Below are positions 31,849-41,279 of a stretch of DNA of 64,000 nt, one piece after another. The position numbers and the translations under genes are program-made. The stretch is taken from assembly GCA_918797485.1 (NCBI GenBank), contig CAKKNE010000002.1, positions 1,922,001 to 1,986,000 on the forward strand. The letters are read 5' to 3'. The DNA comes from Pelagomonas calceolata (Eukaryota). Below the pieces are notes generated by a model. The model was not told where the DNA came from, did not search any database, and saw nothing but the letters and a program-made list of their open reading frames with translations. The number at the start of each line of letters is the position of its first letter. Position 1 is the stretch's first letter.

Positions 31849-32865
31849 TCATTCGTCCTTCTTCGCGTCGGCGATGAGGCGGTCGAGCTCCTTCGAGAAC
31901 TTCGTGAAGCGGTAGGCGTACCAGCTCGCGCCGTTGTAGGAGCTCATTGTGCCGACGAAGCCGAGCACACAAAAGTGGATCCGCATCGAGCTCCGGAAGA
32001 GGACGTAGGTCGCGCAGAGCGTCAGGGCGTTGCAGACGATGCTGAAGCACTCGTAGCGGATGAAGCGCACGCGGTCGCTGCCGTCGCCGAGCTTGCCCAG
32101 GACCTTCGTGAAGATGTTGTTGCCCTTGCCCCCGCCCAAATTATAATGGAACGTTGTCGCATAGCCCTTGTCGCCCAAGTCCAGGCCCCAGACGATGAAG
32201 AAGGTCGCGTGGAGGATCGCCCATATTAAGAGAAAGATCACCGGGGGTAAAGCGTACGTCTGGAAGTCCACGGAGGCATCGATGGGAAAGAGCTCCCGGT
32301 CGACGTCGAGCCAACGCAAACAGTAGGCCGTCATCGCCGGCTGCAGATGGATCAGCAGCGACATCATGTGGTCGGGGCTGTGCGGCACAAGCGCATTGCC
32401 CAGTAGAACAACGGCGGCCTGAAGCGGGCCCGCGGCCACGGCGAAGAAGAAGTGCGTCATCGTCGTGCGGTGCTCCGGCGGCACGAGCGCCGGGCGTATA
32501 TGTAACGTGATACAGTATCCCGCGAGGAATAGATTCGAAACCCAGCAAAATTCCGTAAGAAACACGAGCCACTTGAGCCTGGCCCAGCGGTAAACCGTTA
32601 CCGGATACAAGACCAGCATCTGCAGCGCGTTCCAGGCCGGGAACTCGTGGGGTGCGTGCCCAAATATGTATATGGTGACGTAGGACTTGAGGAAGCCGAA
32701 GAACACTTTGTATTTGTTGAAGGGCATGGTGTGCGTGACCGTGAGAGCTTTTTCCTGTTTCGTGACGCTCCGCTTCGCCTCCTGCAGGCCGTCGAGGTAG
32801 GTCTTGCGCTCGTACTGCAGCGGGCTGCCGACGATCGACTCGTAGGCGGCGTTGACGTGCTCCAT
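31849..32865 (-). CDS. GPC1: Glycerophosphocholine acyltransferase (Gpc1/DUF2838 family)
   Basis: FLTEFCWVSN, GPL, NALVPHSPDHMMSLLIHLQP, YNGASWY and multiple TM helices. Confidence 0.8.
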   Translation of the reverse strand: MEHVNAAYESIVGSPLQYERKTYLDGLQEAKRSVTKQEKALTVTHTMPFNKYKVFFGFLKSYVTIYIFGHAPHEFPAWNALQMLVLYPVTVYRWARLKWLVFLTEFCWVSNLFLAGYCITLHIRPALVPPEHRTTMTHFFFAVAAGPLQAAVVLLGNALVPHSPDHMMSLLIHLQPAMTAYCLRWLDVDRELFPIDASVDFQTYALPPVIFLLIWAILHATFFIVWGLDLGDKGYATTFHYNLGGGKGNNIFTKVLGKLGDGSDRVRFIRYECFSIVCNALTLCATYVLFRSSMRIHFCVLGFVGTMSSYNGASWYAYRFTKFSKELDRLIADAKKDE

Positions 32866-33105
32866 GGCTTGTCGTGGGTTGTTATTTGTGCGGTAGAAAC
32901 ACGCGCAGGCTCTGCACTGTTGCTGGGAGTGATAGGATTTTCGGGGCCTGTTCTACTACGGTAGGTGTTGGTTACTCCTAAGAGTTCGCACGCTGTCGCA
33001 GGCAGGCAGTGGCAAGCTTGTACTGAAACGTCGCAGCTTGACGTTTGCTTCTCCCCACGGACCTGGCTGCCCAAGTCCCTGGGAGCTGAGGATTATATTT
33101 TTTTG

Positions 33106-33125
33106 CTAGCGCCTCGACACACTAG
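33106..33125. promoter_or_regulatory. CTAG bipartite intergenic element (CTAGCG-N8-CACTAG)
   Basis: Exact motif about 240 bp upstream of the GPC1 ATG. Confidence 0.5.
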
Positions 33126-33682
33126 GTTCCTCCGCGCCATCGACGCGACACATTATTCCCCGTATTAGTAACCCGGCCCGGGCCGCCGCACTTGCCACCG
33201 CCTGCTGCTGGCGGGGAGATTGCGGAAGCTGAGATACGCGGGGCGCCCGCGCAGTGTAGGAGATAAGCTACTTATGTACATATGCAGTCGCGCGCGCGCC
33301 GCGGGTCGACCTTGATGACCAGGGCGCGTTCGGTCGATACCTTGATGACCGGCGCGAGGGGAACATATCCCGTCGACGGGATACAGACGTGATTCGCAAG
33401 GGCATCTGAATGTTGATGCATCTGCGAGCTGCGAGAAACAAAAATTTCGAAACGGGGCGCGGCGCGGGCCGGCGCACGCCTCCGGAGCGATAGGGAAAGT
33501 TGCTTTGCTTAGAGCTAGCCGCGGAGCCGACGCGGGTCCGCGCGACTGAAGCCCCCGACCCTCACACGCCGTCGCCCCGAGTGTTCGTTAATGGTCTTAT
33601 TTCACTTCTACTAGACTCGGGAAAGGATCTAGGAGGAGGACAGGCAATGGGAAGGGGCGTGGAGGGAGGGAAGGGGTCCAAA

Positions 33683-35068
33683 CTACGCGACGGCCCGCAG
33701 CGGGGACCGCAACTCTGGTAGAGGCGCGGGTGGCGGCTCGACGAAGACGCCCGCGAGGCTGCGCTGCGCCCGCGGCGACGGGCACTTGCCGATCGTCTTC
33801 TGAGTGTCGAGCGGAGGCGGCGCAATCAAAGGCGCGAGGAAGTTCGGCGAGCGGTGCGCCCGCCGCGAGACCTCCGTGAGATTTCCATCAACCTCGCGCC
33901 GGAACACGACGAGCTCGTTCGTGTCCTGGTTGCCCACGACGATATGCGAGTCCAACACAGCAAAGTTCCGCGGGCACGCGCCGCCCGTCTCGACCACGTG
34001 CGCCCGGCGCAATTGGGGCCTTTCACCATCAAAGGTCACGGCGAAGACCGCGAGGCTGTCGTGGCCTCTATTACCGACAAACAGCCACGATCCGGTGGCA
34101 TCCAAACGAATCTCGGAGGAATGGCTCTTGGCCTTCCATATACCGTTGACGCAGTGGTGCGCGTTATCGTAGCCGTCCGGGAGCGTCGAGACGCACTGCG
34201 TTAATTTGAGGCAGGCCCGCGGGTCCGTCGTTTCCAACATACCCGCGGGCGCGGCGTCGTCATAAACGAACGCCGACACCGTCGACGAGAGCTCCTGGAC
34301 GACGAAGGCGGCTTTACGGGTTGGGTGGAAGACGACGTGGCGCGGACCCTTGCCCCGTTCGAGGCGCGTGGCGCCCTGGCACGTCAGGCGGCCCACCGCG
34401 TCGTCAAACCCATAATGGTAGACGGCGTCTTCTCCCAGATCCACCACAAAATGCGTCTGCTGGGCGTAGGGCTCCGTGACGACGCAGTGCGCGTGCGGCC
34501 AGCGCTGGCGGTACTTCCAGTGCTCCTCGCGCGACGGCTTGTGCGTCGCGCAGTAGCTGGACGGCTCGGCGCATCTTTGTGAAACCTCCTTGCCGTCGAC
34601 GTCCCGCAGCGCCGCTTGCGGCGGTAATGCGTGGTGGTCGGCGGCCTTCTCGCCCAGCGCGGCGCCGCTCACGGGCAGCACGGCCACGGACGCCTCCCAG
34701 TAGTTCGTTAGTCTTAACCACTTCTTGGAAGCATCGAGGGCCAGGTAGCAGGTCGACTTGCCGCGGGCCGACGCGCGGTCCACGACGTTCAGCTTGATGT
34801 CCTCGCCGTCCCTGCTTAAGCGCAGCGAGAGCACCTCGCCGTCGTCGTCAATACGTTCGGTCGACGCGTACAGCGTCGTCGGGTCGTCCGGGTGCTGGAG
34901 CAAGAAGGCGGGGTTCGGGCCCACTTCCAGCGCCCCGGCCGGCTTGAGGGTTCCTGTTGTGGGGTCGAGCCAGTAAAGCGAGACGCCCGCGTCGTTCTCG
35001 GTGCCTTTGGGCGTGTGCGCGAGGATGCTGGTGTCTGTGTAGTTCGAGACTGCTATGAGTGTGGCCAT
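33683..35068 (-). CDS. Lactonase family beta-propeller (6-phosphogluconolactonase YbhE/Pgl-like)
   Basis: NPAFL, RQRWPHAHC, VVDLGED, GPRHVVFHP, VQELSSTV, VGNRGHDSLAVF, GACPRNF. Confidence 0.88.
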   Translation of the reverse strand: MATLIAVSNYTDTSILAHTPKGTENDAGVSLYWLDPTTGTLKPAGALEVGPNPAFLLQHPDDPTTLYASTERIDDDGEVLSLRLSRDGEDIKLNVVDRASARGKSTCYLALDASKKWLRLTNYWEASVAVLPVSGAALGEKAADHHALPPQAALRDVDGKEVSQRCAEPSSYCATHKPSREEHWKYRQRWPHAHCVVTEPYAQQTHFVVDLGEDAVYHYGFDDAVGRLTCQGATRLERGKGPRHVVFHPTRKAAFVVQELSSTVSAFVYDDAAPAGMLETTDPRACLKLTQCVSTLPDGYDNAHHCVNGIWKAKSHSSEIRLDATGSWLFVGNRGHDSLAVFAVTFDGERPQLRRAHVVETGGACPRNFAVLDSHIVVGNQDTNELVVFRREVDGNLTEVSRRAHRSPNFLAPLIAPPPLDTQKTIGKCPSPRAQRSLAGVFVEPPPAPLPELRSPLRAVA

Positions 35069-35587
35069 TTTTTGTTATGTAGCGCTCGTAATAGGGCGGT
35101 TCTGTTCTTTTGTTCTTCGCGCTTTGGCAGCGTTAGCTCTCCGACGGCAACTTTATTCGTGGCGTAGGTGGTCGTCGTCAGGTACCAGGGTAGAAGACAC
35201 TTTCCTCGCGCGACGACAGCTTTCCTATGTCTCTTGGCGCGCGTTTTTGGCAGCTTTTAAGCAGAGCTAAAAATCAGCTCCCCGGCAAGCCGCCGCGTCA
35301 GACATCCCCATTTTTGCTCTGCGACTCTGTTCCAGCACCCACAAGGCGCCCTGAGAACGATGGTGCCCGGCGGAGGCGGTTTCGCCGAAGGCCAAAAACC
35401 CGTCACCCAGCCTCGGCTTTGCTTGTGTCGCCCGTCGTGCGTAACCGGACGAACGGCGCGACCTATGCGTTGAATCGTTGCACAGCTCTGCGCTGTCTGC
35501 ATACCGCTGCGAATTTCTAGCGCCGCGAGAGCGCCAGACAGAACCTAGACCACAGGCCGCACAAGGAGACAAGCGCCTGCAAAAGAG

Positions 35588-38122
35588 ATGCCACCCTCAA
35601 ACAAGCCAGTCCTCATAACCGGCGCGGCAACGCCACTAGGCCACGAAGTCTGCCGCACGCTCCTCGCGGCCGGACGGGAGGTCGTCGCCCTGATCGACGA
35701 AACCGACACCGAGAGCCTCACCGCCGTCGAGCTCGAGGCCGAAGGCGCGCGCTACGCGTTGGCCGTCGGGCACGGCCGCGCGGCGGTCGTCGGCCGCGCC
35801 AATGATGCTGATGCGCAGTTCGCGTACGATCCGTCGATGTCGGCGCGCCACTGCCGCGTCGAGCACGACGGGAGGGCCGTCATCGTCCGGGATCTCGAGT
35901 CCATGAATGGCACACTCGTCGACGGCGCCGCGGCGCCGCGGGCGCTGCGCGTCGGCTCGGTCATCGAAGCCGGCGACACGGACCTCCGCGTTGTAGCCAT
36001 CGGACCGGCGCGCGACCGCGCCGCCCTCTCTCTGAAGCGCCGCGGCGCCATCATAGTTACGGATCTGGCCGCCGCGCGCGGCTGCGCGGCCGCCGTCGAC
36101 TGCGCGCCGCCGCTCGAAACGCCGGCTGCGGAACGACAACGCACCCTCGCCGTCCGCGCGGCCGTCGGCGGCGGACCAATCGCCGCGGTCTCCTCATCCG
36201 CCGTCTACGACGGCGCGCGCGCATGCCACGGTCGTCGGCCTTTGATAGAGACGGACTTCCTGCCGCGCGAGGCCACGCCGGCGACGCCGTGGGCGGCACG
36301 CGAGCATGCGCTCTCGGACGGCCGCGCGGTTGTGGTGCGCCTCTTCGACGTGTTCGGTGGAGATCTCAACTGCGGCGCGGCGCCAGCCGGCGCCGCTGCG
36401 TCGCTGGTGCGCGCGCTCGCGCGCGGCCTGCCCGGTGGCGCCGCGACCTACGAGGGCGATGCGTCGCACGTGTCTGAGGCGGCGACGTGGCTCTGCGCGG
36501 CGCTCGACGCGGCCGAGACAGGTGACCGCTTCGTCGTCTGCAACGGCGGCCGCGGCGCGACGACGCGCGGCTCGGAACTCGAGGCCGCCCATTTTTCACG
36601 CGGCGCGCCACCCTCCTCGCCTCCGGCCGCGTCGCGCTGCGCCGACGTCTCCAAGCTGCGCGAGCTGCTCGGCGTCGCCGGCGGCGGCCTCTCGGTGGCG
36701 CGCGGCGTGGCGCTCTGTGTCGCCGAGGAAGCGGCGGCTCGAGGCTGCGTGTCGGCGGCGGTGCCGCCGAGCCTCCCGCGCGCTCTCCTGCGCGCTCGTC
36801 GACGGGTGCGGCGCGGCCTCGCGATCGCCGAACAGGGGCCGACGCGGCGGGCGGCGCACAGCGGCCGCGCGATCCTTCCGGCGCTGCCCGCCGACGCCCT
36901 CACCGCGGTCCTTGCCTTCGTCGACGGTGCCGACCTCGCGCGCCTCCGGAGCGCGACCAAGGGCTTGATCGCCGGCGCCGACGCCGCCGCGGTCGCCTTG
37001 TGCCGCGCCAAGGGCTATTCGCGACCGGATTGGGCGGCGCCCGGCGCGCCACGTTTGCTGGCCGCTGCCGGAGCGTGGCGTCACCCGGTCACCGTGTCGC
37101 GCGGCCGCGACCCGTTCGCGCCGCGCGTCCAGCACGCGACGGCCACAGTCGGCGGCCGCGTATACTGCTACGGCGGATTGGGCGACGACGGCCGCCCGAC
37201 CGACGCGCTCGACGTCCTCGAGCTGTCCGCGGACAGGACCGTCGCACGCTGGCTGCCGTTTGCGACGACGGGCGACAAGCCGGACGCCGCCGAGAACGCG
37301 CGGATGACTGCGGTGGAGCTGCTGGACGGCCGCCAGTACCTCGTCGTTTTGGGCGACGCCTGTTGCCACGTCCTCGATCTGTTGTCGCGACACTGGAACG
37401 GGTACCAGTGGCCGCTGTTTGGAAGCGCGCATTTTGCCACTATGAATATCAGCGGCCGGCCGCACGTCGTCTCCATCAATAATAGCTACGAAGCCTTTTG
37501 GGTGATCGACGCTGAAAAGCTGGTCAGCGGTGACTCTACGGCGTGGGCGCTAGCGAAAGTGCGGGATGGTGTGCCCTTCAGCCCGCGAGAAGGCGCTGCC
37601 GCCGCCGTCGTCGGCGGGTCCACGCTCGTGATCACCGGCGGGCGGACGCGGCTTTTCGCGGGAGAGATAGATGAGACGCTCTTTCTGAATATGGCGGAGT
37701 CCTTCACGCTCTTCTATGATACATTCCTAGAGAAATACGTCGTAGACAACGAGCGGTGGAGTAACCCCAACGGCCGCAATGACGTCCGGCGCTCCCACCA
37801 CGCCGCCGTCGCGCTCGCGGACGGCTCCATCCTCGTCATAGGGGGCATCGAAAATGGCCAAGGCGTCACCGACGCCCAGATCATCCGCGAGGGCCAAGAT
37901 GTCGTGCCCTTCGACGCGCTCGGCGAGCCGGGGCATCGCGTCGCCGCCTCGGTGGCACGCGTCGGCGACGCCGTCGTCGTTGTCGGCGGCCAGGGCGCGC
38001 TCGAGCGCCGCGGCGACGTCGACGTGCTCGTGCTGCCGGAGAGGAAGGAGATCATCGCACCGATGGCGGGTAGCGGGGTCTTGTCCGTTGTAGCGCAGCT
38101 ACAGCTCGAAGTGGGTGCTTGA
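35588..38122 (+). CDS. Multidomain protein: epimerase/SDR-like Rossmann domain with inserted FHA, F-box-like motif and Kelch repeats
   Basis: VLITGA...LG, then GR...SARH...DLESMNGT (FHA), SSSAVY, VVVRLFDVFG, ALPADALTAVLAFV (F-box) and Kelch units (RVQHA..YGG, REGAA..TGG, RSHHA..IGG, RVAAS..VGG). Confidence 0.7.
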   Translation: MPPSNKPVLITGAATPLGHEVCRTLLAAGREVVALIDETDTESLTAVELEAEGARYALAVGHGRAAVVGRANDADAQFAYDPSMSARHCRVEHDGRAVIVRDLESMNGTLVDGAAAPRALRVGSVIEAGDTDLRVVAIGPARDRAALSLKRRGAIIVTDLAAARGCAAAVDCAPPLETPAAERQRTLAVRAAVGGGPIAAVSSSAVYDGARACHGRRPLIETDFLPREATPATPWAAREHALSDGRAVVVRLFDVFGGDLNCGAAPAGAAASLVRALARGLPGGAATYEGDASHVSEAATWLCAALDAAETGDRFVVCNGGRGATTRGSELEAAHFSRGAPPSSPPAASRCADVSKLRELLGVAGGGLSVARGVALCVAEEAAARGCVSAAVPPSLPRALLRARRRVRRGLAIAEQGPTRRAAHSGRAILPALPADALTAVLAFVDGADLARLRSATKGLIAGADAAAVALCRAKGYSRPDWAAPGAPRLLAAAGAWRHPVTVSRGRDPFAPRVQHATATVGGRVYCYGGLGDDGRPTDALDVLELSADRTVARWLPFATTGDKPDAAENARMTAVELLDGRQYLVVLGDACCHVLDLLSRHWNGYQWPLFGSAHFATMNISGRPHVVSINNSYEAFWVIDAEKLVSGDSTAWALAKVRDGVPFSPREGAAAAVVGGSTLVITGGRTRLFAGEIDETLFLNMAESFTLFYDTFLEKYVVDNERWSNPNGRNDVRRSHHAAVALADGSILVIGGIENGQGVTDAQIIREGQDVVPFDALGEPGHRVAASVARVGDAVVVVGGQGALERRGDVDVLVLPERKEIIAPMAGSGVLSVVAQLQLEVGA

Positions 38123-38172
38123 ATCGAATGCCTCCCCCCTTGTTTGTCCTCATGTAACAACAACTGTACTAC

Positions 38173-39942
38173 TTAGAGTTCGGACCGGTCGCGCCGACCG
38201 AGGCGCAGCAGCACGTCGGTCCAGTGGTCCACCGCTCTCGTAGACCGCCACATCTTGTGGAGGTTCGCGGCAATTTTAGCTTTGATAGAATCCCGCAGAT
38301 CATCATCACGTCCAATCAACGCCGCGAGGCGCGCGTAGTCGGCCTCGTCTGTTGCTATGGCCTCCTTTATACCTAAGATCTGATAAAAGGCGAGCGTCCA
38401 CCTACCACCCAAATATTTCGCCGGCAGAGTAACCACAACGGCGCCCATCTCGAAGGCTTCCCTCGTAGTAGTACAACCCCCCGCATAATACGAATCTAGC
38501 ACAACGTCCGCCTCGCGGTACAAGGCTAGTAGTTCATGGTGCGGCAGCGGATCCAGGAAGACGACCCTATCAGAATCCAGGCCCCAGTCCCGATCCGCTC
38601 CGGCGTGCAATATGATGACACCCTCGGGGTCCGCGTCCAGTACTTTCCGCAGCATATCGCCAAATCGCGCGTGCAGCTTGAAGGGTTTTTGCATACACAC
38701 GTACCATCTTCTACCAGTGATCGAGGGAAACAGCGCCTCCCGCGAACCGTTTGGTACTTTATGATGAGTTACCGTAGACATACCATTAATAAGGACGGGG
38801 TCGTGGTACTGGTGCATATCGGACGAAGGTAGCAGTACTAACTCCTCCGTGTAATGGTCAGCAGACGACTCAACCTCGGCAGCAGCCCAGGACACGTAGT
38901 AGTCTATCGTCTGTATACCGGACGTCACGGGGTGGCCGTGGCTCGTGACTTGTACGGGTGCCAGCCGCGACATGGCCAGTCGGTGCGCCATCGTCGACAT
39001 CGTGAGATCCAGATAAAGTATGAGATCTAACTCCATCGCTACAATTTTGGTTCTGGTAGTAGCGAGCCACGTCGGCACACCATCCACTAAAGTTTTCTCA
39101 TTATAGACCTCTTCGATACGTGCCGTCGCGGCCCACGTCTTACACGCCGGCGAGACGGGCAGACCTTGTTCACTCAGATAAATTAAGTAGAGAGCGAATT
39201 TATCTGAAGGTAGTCGTGCCAGTGTCCCGCCAAAGTCGCGCATGACGCTGTTGGAGACATGCAGAAACGCGGACACGACGCCGACTCTGAGAATTTTACG
39301 AGGTGGCTCCCTTTTATAATTCGTATACTTGAGTTGGGGCCAAGCTTTCACCGCGAGCTCGTAGTGGTCGCGTGCACTTGCGCGCCAGTCCGCCTCATAC
39401 AAAGTTTCGAGGTAGAAGGACGATAACAAACAGTAGACATAGTGGTCGTTCGCCGGGTCCTGGACGCCTCTTAGATCAAGATCTCTCCGCAGCAATGAAT
39501 GAGTCAAAGCCCGGCCGTCCTTCAGCCAGGCCTCGGCCGCTTGAGGAGTCGAGGCGTGGGCCGCGAGCGCGTTCCGCAGCGTCGCCTTTTGCAATGCGGC
39601 GCAGTCGCCCGGCAGGCGCGACGTCGCCGCCAAATCGATGAAGCGCCTTGCACTTTCGTACTCGCCCCTTTCATGATACCATCGCCCCGTCCACATGGCC
39701 AACATGCGGCCCTGGGCCTCGTCCATGGAGTAGGGCCGCGGCGTCGCCCAGTCCGCGAGCGCGCGCTCGAAGTAGCTGATGCCTTTCCGCTGCTGCGCTT
39801 CATTTGGATTGCCCAAGAGTCGAATGCCGGCCTGCGCGAGCGCGTCGCGGCTCGTGATACTACTATCGAGGTGCGGCTCGTCTTCATTATTGCCGAGGCC
39901 GGCGGCGAGCACTATTAAGGTCAGTAGCGCGAGGCGAGGCAT
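38173..39942 (-). CDS. GT41 (OGT/SPINDLY/HMW1C-like) glycosyltransferase with signal peptide
   Basis: LRVGVVSAFL, LDLILYLD, RLAPVQVTSHGHPVTSG...IDYY, QKPFKLH, DVVLDSYYAGGCTTTREAF. Hydrophobic leader and C-terminal RSEL. Confidence 0.85.
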   Translation of the reverse strand: MPRLALLTLIVLAAGLGNNEDEPHLDSSITSRDALAQAGIRLLGNPNEAQQRKGISYFERALADWATPRPYSMDEAQGRMLAMWTGRWYHERGEYESARRFIDLAATSRLPGDCAALQKATLRNALAAHASTPQAAEAWLKDGRALTHSLLRRDLDLRGVQDPANDHYVYCLLSSFYLETLYEADWRASARDHYELAVKAWPQLKYTNYKREPPRKILRVGVVSAFLHVSNSVMRDFGGTLARLPSDKFALYLIYLSEQGLPVSPACKTWAATARIEEVYNEKTLVDGVPTWLATTRTKIVAMELDLILYLDLTMSTMAHRLAMSRLAPVQVTSHGHPVTSGIQTIDYYVSWAAAEVESSADHYTEELVLLPSSDMHQYHDPVLINGMSTVTHHKVPNGSREALFPSITGRRWYVCMQKPFKLHARFGDMLRKVLDADPEGVIILHAGADRDWGLDSDRVVFLDPLPHHELLALYREADVVLDSYYAGGCTTTREAFEMGAVVVTLPAKYLGGRWTLAFYQILGIKEAIATDEADYARLAALIGRDDDLRDSIKAKIAANLHKMWRSTRAVDHWTDVLLRLGRRDRSEL

Positions 39943-40147
39943 GGTGCGTCACGCCGACGGCGTTTTGCCTAGCGTTTCCCAATGACCCACTTGCTAATGC
40001 AGATGCTACGGGCCGTAAACTCAGCGAAACTGCTGCGGAGCTGGTCGGAGACAGCTGTAGGCTAGCTTTGCAGGCTGCGAGAGATCCCTGCTTGCAGCAG
40101 CACCTGCACACTCCAACGCCAAAGTCGGGCTAAAAAAAAAACTGAAG

Positions 40148-40169
40148 CTAGCGGCCAGTAAGACACTAG
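40148..40169. promoter_or_regulatory. CTAG bipartite intergenic element (CTAGCG-N10-CACTAG)
   Basis: Exact motif about 205 bp upstream of the GT41 ATG. Shares GTAAGACACTAG with the copies at 10636 and 13373. Confidence 0.55.
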
Positions 40170-40362
40170 CAGCAACCGGTCGAGCTTGTAGAACCACTGG
40201 TCGGAGCCCGAGCCGGCTTCGGTCATCTCCTTGACACGAATTTTGATGCTTCAAGGCCCGCGCGGACGCTTTTCTGGGAAGCGCGCTGTTTGCCCCGCCG
40301 CACACACGAGTCCTAGGATCGCAATGGAACCAAAAGCTACGAGGCACAGGGAGACGAACTTA

Positions 40363-40986
40363 CTATATTGAACGAGGCGCGCGCACGGGCGCCCGGAGCG
40401 GCTTCGAATGCCCACCCCACGCCGCCGCCAAATCGCGGTCCAAAGCCGCGGCCAGCTCCGCGTCGCCGTAGTAGCGCGGCGGCGGCGCCGTGTCGTTGTC
40501 GATCGGTGCGGAGGCGGCCTCCGCGTCCAGCCGCGCGTACTCCGCGTCGAGCTGTCTTTGCAAATCCTCCCTCAAAGCGCCCTGTGCTTCTTCCAGTCGT
40601 CGGTTGTCGTCGGCACAGCTCCGGTCGCCGGGCTCACATTTAGGTGGCACAAATCGACTCTCCTCGTAGGAACAAAGACCGTCTTCCGGGCAGACGCCGC
40701 TCCGCTTCCGTCGCGCCGCTTGCCGCGCCTTCCTTTCCGCGTTCTTCCGCTGCGTCATGGAGGGCTGCGCCGGCTCGCCCTCCAGGCCTTTCAATCGCCT
40801 AGCGGTCGCCACCTTCTCGACGAACTGGTCCTGGAGGCTGCCGGGGCCGTCGTCGGGCTGGACGCATTCGATGGCATTCCCCTGCTCGTCGACGCAGGCC
40901 TGGGTCTGGGGCTTGTTCTTCGGATTGAGAGCTAACGGATTGAGAGCTAAGCCGAGGCAGAGGAGCAGCCTGACGGGGCTGCCCAT
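40363..40986 (-). CDS. Hypothetical protein with signal-peptide-like leader
   Basis: MGSPVRLLLCLGLAL. ORF of about 207 aa with a perfect 15-bp tandem duplication at 40921-40950. Confidence 0.55.
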   Translation of the reverse strand: MGSPVRLLLCLGLALNPLALNPKNKPQTQACVDEQGNAIECVQPDDGPGSLQDQFVEKVATARRLKGLEGEPAQPSMTQRKNAERKARQAARRKRSGVCPEDGLCSYEESRFVPPKCEPGDRSCADDNRRLEEAQGALREDLQRQLDAEYARLDAEAASAPIDNDTAPPPRYYGDAELAAALDRDLAAAWGGHSKPLRAPVRAPRSI

Positions 40987-41279
40987 GGTTCGTCGCTCTC
41001 GCATCGTTCAGTCGACGTCTGAAATAATTTTGAACATACCCGCACGCCCACTGGGGGTTCCGTCGCGGCGACGGAGGCCTTCTCCACGCGGGCGAGGGGT
41101 GCTCGGACGGGTTTCTGGGGACCGCGTTTAAAAATGAAAAAAACGGGGTCCGAGATGGTGGCTGCCATGCTGGCTTTCAGGCCTTCTTTCCAGCACACGC
41201 TGCCGAATGTGTGAGCGTTAGCAAGTGAAAACAGTACGGGGATTCCCCAAGAAGGGCTGCGTCACGCGGCGCGCCGAGA

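Noticed and set aside
33683..35068. Bacterial-like genes (lactonase, ribH, fusA) as contamination or recent HGT
   Set aside because: They are embedded among eukaryotic genes with the same composition. ribH and fusA have targeting leaders and fusA has a spliceosomal intron. Phylogeny would be needed for any HGT claim.
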